DNA of 64,000 nucleotides. Origin: Marivirga sp. (GTDB lineage: Bacteria; Bacteroidota; Bacteroidia; Cytophagales; Cyclobacteriaceae). Below are positions 30,043 through 40,209 of this stretch, piece after piece. The stretch's first letter is position 1; every line of letters begins with the position of its first letter. Under the pieces are notes generated by a model. It saw only the letters and a program-made list of their open reading frames with translations, made no database searches and had not been told where the DNA came from. The stretch lies in the NCBI RefSeq assembly GCF_024636815.1, contig NZ_JAGXGF010000230.1, forward strand, positions 4,835-68,834, in the 5' to 3' direction. The translations under genes were made by a program, and so were the position numbers.

Positions 30043-30974
30043 TTATTAACGGAATTGAAATAGCTCCTGGTGAAGAGAAAGTGGTAGATGTAAATATCGC
30101 CCGACTTCCTTCCCACACTACAATAGATGTATCCATTACTATTGCCAGATCCACCGAACCGGGACCAGTATTATTATTGATGGGTGGATTACACGGTGAT
30201 GAAATTAATGGGTCAGAAATTGTCAGGAGGATGATTGAGAAAAATGACCATATTCCTAATATCGGAACAGTAATATGTATTCCTATCATCAATGTATACG
30301 GCTTTATTTATTTTTCTAGATATGTGCCAGATGGGAAAGATGTAAACAGATCATTCCCGGGTAATAAAAATGGTTCTTTGGCTTCTCGGATGGCGAATTT
30401 CCTAACTAAAGAAATTTTACCCCTAATTGATTATGGTATAGATTTTCATACGGGCGGGGCTGATAGAACAAATTATCCTCAAGTGAGGTGTATGATGAAG
30501 GATGCTAAAAACGTGGAACTAGCGGAAGCATTTCACGCACCTTTTACTTTAGATTCAAAATTTCGCCCAAATTCATTACGCCAAACAGCAAATAAATTCG
30601 GTAAAAACATATTAGTGTATGAAGGTGGTGAATCTTCCCGTTTTGATGAATTTGCTATTAGAGAAGGTATAAAAGGAGCCAGAAGATTGATGAAGCATTT
30701 AGGAATGCGAAATGAAGCTGAAAGAGCCGACTATGAAAATTTGGTCATCAAAAATTCTTCTTGGGTCAGAGCTAGAAGGTCTGGAGTTTTCCTTTCAGCT
30801 GTTAAAAGTGGGGAGAAAATTAAGAAAAATCAGTTATTGGGACATATTAATGATCCTTTTGGAGGATTTAAAAACAAAGTTACTTCTACCGTAAATGGTT
30901 ATGTAATAGGACTCAATCACAATCCGATAGTTCATGAAGGAGATGCTTTAATGCATTTAGGAGTCATCAAATAG
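30039..30974 (+). CDS. succinylglutamate desuccinylase/aspartoacylase family protein
   Basis: [25 protein letters not shown]. Confidence 0.9.
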   Translation: MIINGIEIAPGEEKVVDVNIARLPSHTTIDVSITIARSTEPGPVLLLMGGLHGDEINGSEIVRRMIEKNDHIPNIGTVICIPIINVYGFIYFSRYVPDGKDVNRSFPGNKNGSLASRMANFLTKEILPLIDYGIDFHTGGADRTNYPQVRCMMKDAKNVELAEAFHAPFTLDSKFRPNSLRQTANKFGKNILVYEGGESSRFDEFAIREGIKGARRLMKHLGMRNEAERADYENLVIKNSSWVRARRSGVFLSAVKSGEKIKKNQLLGHINDPFGGFKNKVTSTVNGYVIGLNHNPIVHEGDALMHLGVIK

Positions 30975-30975
30975 T

Positions 30976-31584
30976 ATGTATAGAAAATTAATCAAGCCTT
31001 TTTTTGATAAACTTACTGCTTTGATTGCATTGATAATTGCTAGTCCCATATTTATCATTGTGGCACTTCTTTTAGCATTTTTTCAAAATGGAAAGGTCTT
31101 TTTCACTCAGAAGCGGCCTGGCTTGAAGGAAGAAATATTTTTGCTTATTAAATTCAAAACCATGCGGGATGACAAAGATGTAAATGGAGAGCTTTTTGCT
31201 GATGAAGAACGACTAACCTGGATTGGGAAAATTGTGAGGAAAACGAGTATGGATGAAATTCCTCAACTTTTGAATATAATCAAAGGGGACATGTCTTTTA
31301 TTGGCCCACGCCCATTATTGGTTGAATATTTGCCGCTTTATAGCAAAGAGCAAAGTAAGAGGCATTTGGTAACCCCAGGCATTACAGGTTGGGCTCAGAT
31401 AAATGGAAGAAATACTATAAGCTGGCAGAAGAAATTTGAATATGATGTTTGGTATGTCCAAAATCAATCATTTTTATTAGACTTGAAAATAGTTTTTATG
31501 ACCATCTTCAAAGTTTTCAAGGCGGAAGGTATTAGCGGGGAAGGGATGGCTACAATGGAAAAGTTTAAGGGTAATAAAAATTAA
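30976..31584 (+). CDS. PglC-like phosphoglycosyl transferase (bacterial sugar transferase)
   Basis: [41 protein letters not shown]. Confidence 0.93.
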   Translation: MYRKLIKPFFDKLTALIALIIASPIFIIVALLLAFFQNGKVFFTQKRPGLKEEIFLLIKFKTMRDDKDVNGELFADEERLTWIGKIVRKTSMDEIPQLLNIIKGDMSFIGPRPLLVEYLPLYSKEQSKRHLVTPGITGWAQINGRNTISWQKKFEYDVWYVQNQSFLLDLKIVFMTIFKVFKAEGISGEGMATMEKFKGNKN

Positions 31585-31750
31585 AAATATTACCGTTTTA
31601 CCTCAATATTAATTATTCACAAGATTTTCATATCCAATATTAAGCTTACTTTACCATCAAGTTATTTTCATTTTAATATCAATTTTCAATAGTAAAAATC
31701 ATTTTAATTTGTGTTTTCTTAGAAGAGTAAATCAATGAGGTATCTAAGAA

Positions 31751-32452
31751 ATGCAACAAAGCAGAACAGCTATAATAGCTGATGATGATAAAGAAACATT
31801 AAGAGATTTGGTTAAAATATTGGAATCTGAAAATTTCAATGTGGCTTTAGCATTAGATACTCAACATGCTATACAGCTAATTAATAGACATCACCCTCTA
31901 TTAATCATTTCAGAAATTGGCAATCAAAATTATGATGGAATCAGCCTTTTTAAATATCTCAAAAATGAAGTTATTCTAAAGGATCTTGATCCTAAGATTA
32001 TAGCTTTGACTTCTAATAAAGAGGAGCAAAATGAAATCTTAAGTTATGAGTCGGGTATAGATTTCTTTTTAAGAAAACCACTTCGCAAAAATGCCTTTAA
32101 AAAGCGTTTGTCAAAGTTTTTTGGGGAGGAAGAAAGTATTTTTCATCTAAAACCTTTAGATGAATATGAGATCAGAGATTTATATTTTGATATTAAAAAG
32201 CATTTGCTCTTTAAATTACCTTCAAAAGAATTGATGCAAATTCAATCAAAATCATTTGAAATATTGCTATTTCTCGCTCGATTTCCTAATCAAGTCTTTT
32301 CACGTGAGCAAATTATGCAAGCCATATGGGGGAACTCCTTTAAGGTGACTTTAAGGTCAGTTGACATCCATATCTTAAAAATCCGCCAGCTACTAGGAGA
32401 GGACTACATCAAAACTATTAAAGGTGTTGGTTACCTTTTTAAGGAAAAATAG
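31751..32452 (+). CDS. OmpR-family response regulator with atypical receiver
   Basis: ADDD and KP receiver motifs, winged helix RSVDIHI...TIKGVGY; phosphoacceptor position is Glu55. Confidence 0.88.
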   Translation: MQQSRTAIIADDDKETLRDLVKILESENFNVALALDTQHAIQLINRHHPLLIISEIGNQNYDGISLFKYLKNEVILKDLDPKIIALTSNKEEQNEILSYESGIDFFLRKPLRKNAFKKRLSKFFGEEESIFHLKPLDEYEIRDLYFDIKKHLLFKLPSKELMQIQSKSFEILLFLARFPNQVFSREQIMQAIWGNSFKVTLRSVDIHILKIRQLLGEDYIKTIKGVGYLFKEK

Positions 32453-32523
32453 TAGATTTTAAATACTCATTTTGTAACCAATCATAATTGAATCAGTTGT
32501 TTTAATGTAAACAAAAATTAATT

Positions 32524-33243
32524 ATGCAAAAATTAGAAAATAAAACAGCACTTATAACTGGAGGAAGTAAAGGAATAGGATACGGAATAGCAGAAGCATT
32601 ATTAGCGAAAGGCATTAATGTTGCCATCACAAGTAGAAGTCAAGAATCTGCTGATAAAGCAGCTGAGTCTCTTGCTAAAAATGCCAAAGGAGAAGTTTTA
32701 GGACTTCAGGCTGATGTTCGTTCATATGAAAACCAAGAAACTTGTGTGAATGCCGTTTTAGATAAATGGGGAAAATTAGACATTGTGATTGCAAACGCTG
32801 GATTAGGTCATTTTGCTCCAATTGACGAGATGGAAATTGATAAGTGGAATGAAGTGATTGACACTAATTTAACCGGAGTTTTCTATACTATTAAATCAAG
32901 TGTAGAAGCATTGAAGAAGAATGGTGGTTATTTCTTTACCATTTCCAGTTTGGCTGGGACTAATTTCTTTCCTTCAGGATCAGCTTACAATGCTAGTAAA
33001 TTTGGATTAACTGGTTTCACACAAGCTGTAATGTTAGATTTAAGACAGCATGGGATTAATATTTCCACAATTATGCCCGGTTCTGTCGCTACTCACTTCA
33101 ATGATCACGAGCCAAATGAAAATGATTATTGGAAAATTCAAAAAGAAGACCTTGGTAAAATGGTAGTTGATTTATTGGAAATGAATCCAAGAACATTGCC
33201 AAGTAAAATTGAAGTAAGACCAAGCAGACCACCTCAGAAATAG
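32524..33243 (+). CDS. short-chain dehydrogenase/reductase
   Basis: TGGSKGIG, NAG, YNASK. Confidence 0.93.
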   Translation: MQKLENKTALITGGSKGIGYGIAEALLAKGINVAITSRSQESADKAAESLAKNAKGEVLGLQADVRSYENQETCVNAVLDKWGKLDIVIANAGLGHFAPIDEMEIDKWNEVIDTNLTGVFYTIKSSVEALKKNGGYFFTISSLAGTNFFPSGSAYNASKFGLTGFTQAVMLDLRQHGINISTIMPGSVATHFNDHEPNENDYWKIQKEDLGKMVVDLLEMNPRTLPSKIEVRPSRPPQK

Positions 33244-33265
33244 TATTTAAATATATTAGGCAAGA

Positions 33266-33295
33266 AAAGAAGGTCAGTATTAGCTGACCTTCTTT
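33266..33295. terminator. bidirectional intrinsic terminator
   Basis: AAAGAAGGTCAG-TATTAG-CTGACCTTCTTT between convergent genes. Confidence 0.85.
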
Positions 33296-33320
33296 ATTAT
33301 TGTAAACCTTAATTTAAATA

Positions 33321-34175
33321 TTAATAAAGGTATTCTAAAGCTACTCTATCATAATATCCGAATTCCCCATCTTCACTAGCGCTAAAACAAGCTAGCATTA
33401 AAGAGTTTGGATCTATATCTGTTGGAGTGCCAGGTATATGAATTGCTCCAACGCCAGCTGTTCCTTCACTTCCACCAGAACCGCATGAGTATGAGCGGTT
33501 AAACCAATCAGTATGGCGTAATCCAATAGAATGTCCCATCTCATGTCCAATCACATGTTCTACAACATTTGTGTCGTAATTGCTTGTACCTGATTGAATC
33601 TTGATAAATTTGTTAGGATCTCCTCCACTTGGGAAACCAGCGCTTCCACCGCCTGATCCACTTACTCTATAAACTACCATATCATAAGAATTGTAGTTTG
33701 TTCCATAAGTAAGAGTAAAGGTTAAGCCAGTATTTAGGGCATTGTAATTATCAACTGCCCAGCTTAATCCTGTTCTCATTTTTGAATCTAAACCATTGGA
33801 GTTATTACCAGTATAACCAATAACATTAATCGTACGGTTTTGGCTAACAAGGTTTGTTGTGCGGTACTGCTCAGCAAACTTTCCTGTATGGAAAAGTTCA
33901 CTATTAGACATTTCATCTAATTGCTTTTCAGTAATTGAAATGTCACCTTCTACGATTAAATGGAATCCCTGATCACCTGTTAAAGGATTAGAGTATTCCT
34001 CACGATAAACATCGCTTGGATCAAAGCCTAGATCTTTTAGTTGGTCTTTGATCTCTTCAGACACTACACTGTTGTCAATTTGAGCTCCCATTTCATCATC
34101 TTGGCAAGAGCTCATCATTACTGTTACGGCCATGAATGTCATTACATACATGACACCTTTTCTTAAATTTGTCAT
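33321..34175 (-). CDS. M57 family (dual-action HEIGH) metallopeptidase, lipoprotein
   Basis: MSS-C lipobox, VEGDI, EQYRTTNLV, HEMGHSIGLRHTD, SLMLAC. Confidence 0.88.
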   Translation of the reverse strand: MTNLRKGVMYVMTFMAVTVMMSSCQDDEMGAQIDNSVVSEEIKDQLKDLGFDPSDVYREEYSNPLTGDQGFHLIVEGDISITEKQLDEMSNSELFHTGKFAEQYRTTNLVSQNRTINVIGYTGNNSNGLDSKMRTGLSWAVDNYNALNTGLTFTLTYGTNYNSYDMVVYRVSGSGGGSAGFPSGGDPNKFIKIQSGTSNYDTNVVEHVIGHEMGHSIGLRHTDWFNRSYSCGSGGSEGTAGVGAIHIPGTPTDIDPNSLMLACFSASEDGEFGYYDRVALEYLY

Positions 34176-34299
34176 AAACTTTATAAAATTTTAGTTAGGT
34201 TTGCAACATATATTTTTTATTTTGAAAAGAAAAAATATTACATTAAATATTTATTATGATATTGAAATATTAATAATTATTATTAGTAATATTAAGAAT

Positions 34300-37215
34300 A
34301 TGTTTACTAAAAGTAGCCAAAACCCATTGACTTTAAGTACTATCAGAAGATTGGCAGGAAGTCGGCCAAAATTGGTCATCTTATTATTGTTATATTTATA
34401 TATAAGTATTGTAAATAAAGGCGTTTCTCAAACTTATAACAAAAACCCTAAATACCTGTATGCAGGTTCAAAAATTGAATCTTTAAATAGTTTAAAACAA
34501 GGTAAATTTTATCTTCTAAAGAACGATTCATCTTTTAATTTCTTAGGTGAAACAGAAAAAGCCTTAAAAATTGTTAAAAGACTTTTAGATAGTTCTTGTA
34601 TTGTGTTTTTTGAGGCTTCTGATTTATATGATATTGAACTGAACTCTAAGTATCTTGCTCTTTATGAAATTGAAAATGGATGGAAGATTTCTAAAAATAT
34701 AACCTTAAGTGATAATGATTATTTAAATGGGGATTATTGGGTAGAAGTTATTGATGATAAAGAGTGGGGTAGATTTGAAAATAGTGAGGCAAGAATAAGT
34801 ACAATTTCCAGACATAGAGATTTTGTTAAAATTAAGGTTAAGGATGTCAAACTAAGTCTATTATTAGATAAAGCTTTTATAACTTACATTGAGAAAGTGT
34901 CAGAGCCTCCTAATAGTGAGGCTAGAGTTCTTGATCTTAATTTGCATCCAAATAAAATCAATACAATCCAGGCGTATTATCCGGAACTTAATGGGGCAAG
35001 TGAACTGGTAAGTATAAAAGAACAATTTTATAATATAAATGATATAGATTTATCTGGAAGATATATATTCTCTGATAGGGAAAGTGAATTTTCTGATTCC
35101 CATCCATTAGAGATGGCCACAATTATTGCAGGCAATGGCAATACTTTTTTGACTGGTCTTGGAGTAGCTCCTAATGTTTTACATACTTCAAGTTCCAATA
35201 ATGAAGTTACACCTGATCCTAAAGAATATTTTACTTCCAATAGCATTCAGACACAAAATCATTCTTACGGAACTGAGATTGAATCTTTTTATGGTGTAGC
35301 GGCTTCCTTATATGATCAACAAATTTACGAAAACCCTCAAATTGTACATGTTTTTTCAATCGGAAATTCGGGATTGGAAGCTTCTAATCATGGTATCTAT
35401 GAAGGCTTAACAGGTTTTTCAAATCTCACTGGAAATTTTAAACAAGCTAAGAATGTTTTGACAATTGGTGCGGTGGATACTAGCATGACTACTATTCAGC
35501 TCAATAGCAATGGCCCTGCTTTCGATGGAAGAATAAAACCGGAATTAGTGGCTTACAGTATGACTGGAACATCAAATTCTGCAGCGCTTATTAGTGGAGT
35601 TTCCGTTTTATTACAGCAATCCTATAGAAATATATATAACTCAAATATATCGGCATCTTTAGTAAAAGCTTTATTGATTAATAGTGCGGATGATATAGGT
35701 GAATTAGGTCCTGAACATAAAACAGGTTTTGGGAGCTTAAATGCCTACCAAGCCGTACAGTCTTTAGAAAAAGGTCAGTTTATTGAAGATCAAATAATTA
35801 ATAATCAGAAAAGTTTTATAATTAAAATCCCTGATAATGCAGTGAATTTCAAAGCTACCTTAGTTTGGACTGATCCTCCAGCTGAACCTAATGATGAAAT
35901 TGCTTTAGTTCATGATTTAAACCTACAAGCTCAAAACGAAAGCGGACAAACATACCTTCCTTGGATTTTATCTACAGAGCCAAATATTGATGCTCTGAAC
36001 ACTACTGCAACTAAAGGTATAGATCATTTGAATAATATTGAACAGCTTCATATTGATGTTGTTAATTCTGATTCTATTGAAATAATTATTAATACAGAAA
36101 TTCCTTTAGATATTAAGCAGGCTTTTTCTATTGTATATGGATGGGAAATAGAAAATGATTTTAGCTGGACCAGTCCTACGTTTAAAGATAATATCCCTTA
36201 TAATGGAGAAACAACCTCTCACCTAAGATGGGAAAGTAGTTATTCAAAAGAAAAAGCTGGTAAATTATATTTTAAGTTGATTGCTGAGCAAAACTGGGAG
36301 CTAATTGAGGAAGAAATCTTGTTGTCAGATGAGAATTTTAGATGGGATTCAGAGATTGTGAATGATTTTGCTCAGTTGAAAATGGAAATTGATAACCAAA
36401 CCTATATTAGTGATACTTTTTCTATTTCTGAGCCTCTTCGCCTAAATGTTGGCTTTAATTGTAATGATTCACTATCGTTTTATTGGAAATCAATTCCGGA
36501 TAGTGATTATTACTCACTATTTCATTTAATAGATAATGAAATGAAAGTCTTTGCCAATACTCAGGATACTAGTCTTACTATCAATAAATCAGAATTAAGT
36601 AGTTCTTTTTTAAAGGTTCAAGCTTTCAAAAAAGGTAAAGCTCTGATTCAGGGTGGAGCTATAGATTATAATTTACAAAGTTCTAATTGTTTTTTGGAGT
36701 CCTATTTTGTTGAATCCATTCAAGGAGAAGGGATTTACCATTATCTAAAATTATCCTCTCTAACAGGAGTGGAGAAAATTCATTTAGAAAAGAAGAATGA
36801 GCAAGAAAACTTTTGGGAAATACTGGCTGAATTTAACTCAAATTCTTTTGAGGTTGAATATCTGGAGAATGAACCAGATAATGGGTTTAATTCATCCAGA
36901 GCAGTTATCTACTTTATTAATGGGGAAAGTGTAATCAGTGAAATTCAGTCTGCGTATTATGTAAAATCTTCTAATTTCATAGTATACCCAAATCCACTTT
37001 TTAGAGAGGAAGATTTGAAGGTCTTTGCAAAGGAAACCGCTCCTGAGGCAATTATTACTTTTTACAATTTACAAGGTCAGGTATTATTTTCCACTTCCAT
37101 TCCTAATGATAGGAACTTTCTGGATTTAGATTTTTTAAGCCCGGGAATCTATTTTTATAAAATTACAGATAAGGATCAACCGCTTGCAAGTGGAAAATTT
37201 TTGATGCAATATTAA
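34300..37215 (+). CDS. S8 subtilase with T9SS C-terminal domain (start uncertain)
   Basis: HPLEMA, SIGNSG, DGRIKPELVA, GTSNSAA; CTD IVYPNP...YNLQGQ...PGIYFYKI. Confidence 0.88.
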   Translation: MFTKSSQNPLTLSTIRRLAGSRPKLVILLLLYLYISIVNKGVSQTYNKNPKYLYAGSKIESLNSLKQGKFYLLKNDSSFNFLGETEKALKIVKRLLDSSCIVFFEASDLYDIELNSKYLALYEIENGWKISKNITLSDNDYLNGDYWVEVIDDKEWGRFENSEARISTISRHRDFVKIKVKDVKLSLLLDKAFITYIEKVSEPPNSEARVLDLNLHPNKINTIQAYYPELNGASELVSIKEQFYNINDIDLSGRYIFSDRESEFSDSHPLEMATIIAGNGNTFLTGLGVAPNVLHTSSSNNEVTPDPKEYFTSNSIQTQNHSYGTEIESFYGVAASLYDQQIYENPQIVHVFSIGNSGLEASNHGIYEGLTGFSNLTGNFKQAKNVLTIGAVDTSMTTIQLNSNGPAFDGRIKPELVAYSMTGTSNSAALISGVSVLLQQSYRNIYNSNISASLVKALLINSADDIGELGPEHKTGFGSLNAYQAVQSLEKGQFIEDQIINNQKSFIIKIPDNAVNFKATLVWTDPPAEPNDEIALVHDLNLQAQNESGQTYLPWILSTEPNIDALNTTATKGIDHLNNIEQLHIDVVNSDSIEIIINTEIPLDIKQAFSIVYGWEIENDFSWTSPTFKDNIPYNGETTSHLRWESSYSKEKAGKLYFKLIAEQNWELIEEEILLSDENFRWDSEIVNDFAQLKMEIDNQTYISDTFSISEPLRLNVGFNCNDSLSFYWKSIPDSDYYSLFHLIDNEMKVFANTQDTSLTINKSELSSSFLKVQAFKKGKALIQGGAIDYNLQSSNCFLESYFVESIQGEGIYHYLKLSSLTGVEKIHLEKKNEQENFWEILAEFNSNSFEVEYLENEPDNGFNSSRAVIYFINGESVISEIQSAYYVKSSNFIVYPNPLFREEDLKVFAKETAPEAIITFYNLQGQVLFSTSIPNDRNFLDLDFLSPGIYFYKITDKDQPLASGKFLMQY

Positions 37216-37335
37216 AGCAAAAATTTTTCTCAACTCCATTTTGTTTTCAGATTCCAATAGATGTCTTTTCAGACCATTTATATAATTCCGGAAAATTTCA
37301 TTGTACTCATTAGCATTTTGCCGTAAACTCGTGAA

Positions 37336-37953
37336 ATGAATAAATTTTTCTTTACTCGCTTGCAATATGAATCAGGAGATTGGAATGTAGACCAAAGGAT
37401 GCCAAGCAATCTTCTGAATTCAATTATTGAATATACCAATATTCCTGTGGATACTCAGGAAAGAGTGGTTGCTCTAAGTAGCGAAGAAATATTTGAATGT
37501 CCCTTTTGTTATTTAAGTGGACATAAATTAGTACAGTTTACACAAGCAGAAAAAGACAATTTCATTAAATATATAGATAATGGAGGTTTTATCTTTGTAG
37601 ATGATTGCAATCATGATATAGACGGGCTTTTTGCCAAATCATTTGAAAGTCAGATGGCGGAAATATACGGAGAGGATGGATTAAAGAAAATCCCGGATGA
37701 CCATCCTATCTATTTTAGTTTTTTTGAATTTCCAGACGGACCACCTACCACTTCACAGGAATTGAATGGTTGGGGAGATGATATTGTTCATGATTATTTG
37801 AAAGCCATTGAGAAAGATGGGAAAATAAGAGTTTTGTACAGCAATAAAGATTATGGCTGCGAATGGGATTACGATTTTCGAAACAAACGCTGGCTAGCAG
37901 AAGATAATACTAAGTTTGGAGTGAATATAGTGATGTATGCGATATTCGGGTGA
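37336..37953 (+). CDS. DUF4159 domain protein
   Basis: FTRLQYESGDW, YIDNGGFIFVDDC, DYGCEW, FGVNIVMYA. Confidence 0.82.
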   Translation: MNKFFFTRLQYESGDWNVDQRMPSNLLNSIIEYTNIPVDTQERVVALSSEEIFECPFCYLSGHKLVQFTQAEKDNFIKYIDNGGFIFVDDCNHDIDGLFAKSFESQMAEIYGEDGLKKIPDDHPIYFSFFEFPDGPPTTSQELNGWGDDIVHDYLKAIEKDGKIRVLYSNKDYGCEWDYDFRNKRWLAEDNTKFGVNIVMYAIFG

Positions 37954-38006
37954 TGAAGTGTTGATGATATATTGTAGAAACATATTTAAATAAAGTAGAT
38001 ATAAAT

Positions 38007-38366
38007 AGTTAGAAGTTAGAAGCTCGGAGTGGGAAGTAAGGATGTGGGGTGAAGGGAAATGTGATGTCGGAAGCTTAGGTCAGACCGGAAATAGCAAATA
38101 AGAAAGTAAAGTTGAATAAATAGTTGGTAGTCAGAAGTCTGTAATGATTCTTATAAGTCCTGTAAGGACGAACTTAAGGTAATTCTGTAAAGAGCAGAAA
38201 CGCTAAGCCCTGTAAGGGCGGCCTTATTGTGGGAGATGAATAGTTGGATGACAGAGGCTGGGAGTCAGAAGTAATAATCTAGATACTAGCTACTTTCTAC
38301 TCGATACTTAATAGAATAAGGTGATCTGAAGTCTTTAATCTTAAATCTTGATTCTTGAATCTTTAA
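38007..38366. repeat. intergenic repeat mosaic (heptamer arrays and REP-like family E)
   Basis: AGTTAGA-type x5 (38007-38041), TAAGYCCTGTAAGGRCG x2 (38154, 38204), TnnnTAC x4 (38280-38307), TCTTnAn x5 (38332-38366). Confidence 0.75.
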
Positions 38367-38370
38367 AAAA

Positions 38371-39339
38371 ATGGAAGATATACAAAATACAGTAACAAAG
38401 TTTAAAGAAGCCCGAAAGGAGCTATCTAAAGCTATCATTGGTCAGGAGAATGTAGTGAGTGAGGTTTTCATGGCTTTGCTAGCGGATGGGCATATATTGC
38501 TGGAAGGTGTTCCTGGTTTAGGGAAAACCCTTTTGGTTCGTTCTTTAGCTAAAGTTCTGCAATTGGATTTTCATAGAGTTCAGTTTACTCCTGACTTAAT
38601 GCCTTCTGACATCATTGGAATGGAAGTATTAGAAGAAGATCGCAGTACAGGAAAACGGTTTTTTCAATTCAATAAAGGCCCGGTTTTCACCAATATTTTG
38701 TTAGCAGATGAAATCAACAGAACACCACCCAAAACGCAGTCTGCTTTATTGGAAGCTATGCAAGAGCGAGAAGTAACTTATGCAGGTAAAACCTATGTGT
38801 TGCCTGAGCCATTCTTTCTTTTAGCCACTCAAAATCCATTGGAGCAGTCAGGAACTTATCCTTTACCTGAAGCTCAACTAGACCGTTTTTTATTCTATAC
38901 TGTAGTGCAATATCCTGCTGAGCAAGAAGAAGTTGATATACTTCAACTCACCACTGGAAATCAAAAGAATCAGCTTAATCCTACTTTAACAGCAGAAGAA
39001 ATTTTAAAAGCCAGAAGCTGGGTAAGAGATATTCATATTGATAAGGATTTATTGGTGAATGTTAGTCAGCTGGTGCGCTCTACTCGTCCGCAAAACTCAG
39101 AAATAGATTTAGTAAAGCAATATGTCGATTGGGGTGCAGGTCCACGTGCGGGACAATCCATAGTATTGGCTTCTAAAGCCCATGCTTTCCTGGATGGCAG
39201 ATTGGCCGTTATCCCAGAGGATATTAAAGCAGTAGCTTTGGCAGTGCTACGCCATCGTGTGGTATTGAATTTTGTAGCTAAAACCAAAAAATTTACGGTT
39301 GAAGACTTGATTCCAGAGTTATTAAAAACCATTAAATAG
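38371..39339 (+). CDS. MoxR family AAA+ ATPase
   Basis: EGVPGLGKT, RVQFTPDLMPSD, DEINR, ATQNPLEQSGTYPLPEAQLDRF. Confidence 0.96.
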   Translation: MEDIQNTVTKFKEARKELSKAIIGQENVVSEVFMALLADGHILLEGVPGLGKTLLVRSLAKVLQLDFHRVQFTPDLMPSDIIGMEVLEEDRSTGKRFFQFNKGPVFTNILLADEINRTPPKTQSALLEAMQEREVTYAGKTYVLPEPFFLLATQNPLEQSGTYPLPEAQLDRFLFYTVVQYPAEQEEVDILQLTTGNQKNQLNPTLTAEEILKARSWVRDIHIDKDLLVNVSQLVRSTRPQNSEIDLVKQYVDWGAGPRAGQSIVLASKAHAFLDGRLAVIPEDIKAVALAVLRHRVVLNFVAKTKKFTVEDLIPELLKTIK

Positions 39340-39345
39340 GGCTTA

Positions 39346-40209
39346 TTGAAATCCATAAATCAAATATTTCAAATGCCTGACTTTGAGGCGCTCAAAGCAC
39401 TTCAATTGTACATTAAACATCATATTGAAGGCGTGATGATTGGTATGCATCAAAGTCCGAAAACGGGATTTGGAATTGAATTTAAGGAATATAGAAATTA
39501 TGTACCGGGAGATTCGCTCAAGCAACTGGACTGGAAATATTTTGCGCGGACCGATCATTATATGATTAAGGAAGCGGAAATGGAAAAGCAGCATGATTTC
39601 ATTTTCGTTTTGGATAAAAGCTTGTCCATGAATTTTGAAATGGCTGGTGCTAGTAAATTTAATTGGTCAAGGACTTTAATCGCCTCTCTAGCTTACTTAA
39701 CGAATAATCAGCAGGATAAATATTACATTTTTAATCAGGACAATCCTCCTTCGGATTTTGAAACTTTTCTTTATCGATTAATCCAACTCAAGCCTGAAGA
39801 AGAAACAAACCTCAATGATTTAAATCCAAGTCAGAAAATTAAAAATAAAAGTACGGTGTTCATTTTTACAGATGGATATTCTGATGAAGCTGAATTTCAA
39901 AATCTGCTTAAAAATTGGGCAGTAGCATCAGAAGAAGTAATGCTGATTCATTTGCTTTTTAATAATGAAGAACAGCTTGATTTCAAAGGACAATATTTCA
40001 CTTTTAAAGATTTGGAAGGGCAGGGAAGTGTTCAAGTGAATACACAAGAAGGCTTACAGGAATATCAGAATAAAATCCAAAACTGGAAAAACGGAATTCA
40101 AACGACTTGTGCAAAAAATGGAATAGCTTACTGGCAATTGAATGGACAAGATTCTATCCAGAAATCCATTTTTGAGCTGTTGAGTCACTTTAACCAATCA
40201 TGGGCATGA
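39346..40209 (+). CDS. DUF58 vWA-like protein
   Basis: G.H.S...G.G.EF.EYR.Y.PGD....DWK..AR, MIDAS DKSLS, FTDG; TTG start. Confidence 0.9.
   Translation: MKSINQIFQMPDFEALKALQLYIKHHIEGVMIGMHQSPKTGFGIEFKEYRNYVPGDSLKQLDWKYFARTDHYMIKEAEMEKQHDFIFVLDKSLSMNFEMAGASKFNWSRTLIASLAYLTNNQQDKYYIFNQDNPPSDFETFLYRLIQLKPEEETNLNDLNPSQKIKNKSTVFIFTDGYSDEAEFQNLLKNWAVASEEVMLIHLLFNNEEQLDFKGQYFTFKDLEGQGSVQVNTQEGLQEYQNKIQNWKNGIQTTCAKNGIAYWQLNGQDSIQKSIFELLSHFNQSWA

Noticed and set aside
34201-34299. 33-codon N-terminal extension of the S8 ORF from TTG 34201
   Set aside because: Ile/Asn-rich translation of AT-rich promoter DNA, leaving only 25 bp for two divergent promoters
38007-38366. Possible CRISPR array
   Set aside because: Only two 17-bp copies and degenerate heptamers; no regular repeat-spacer series and no cas genes
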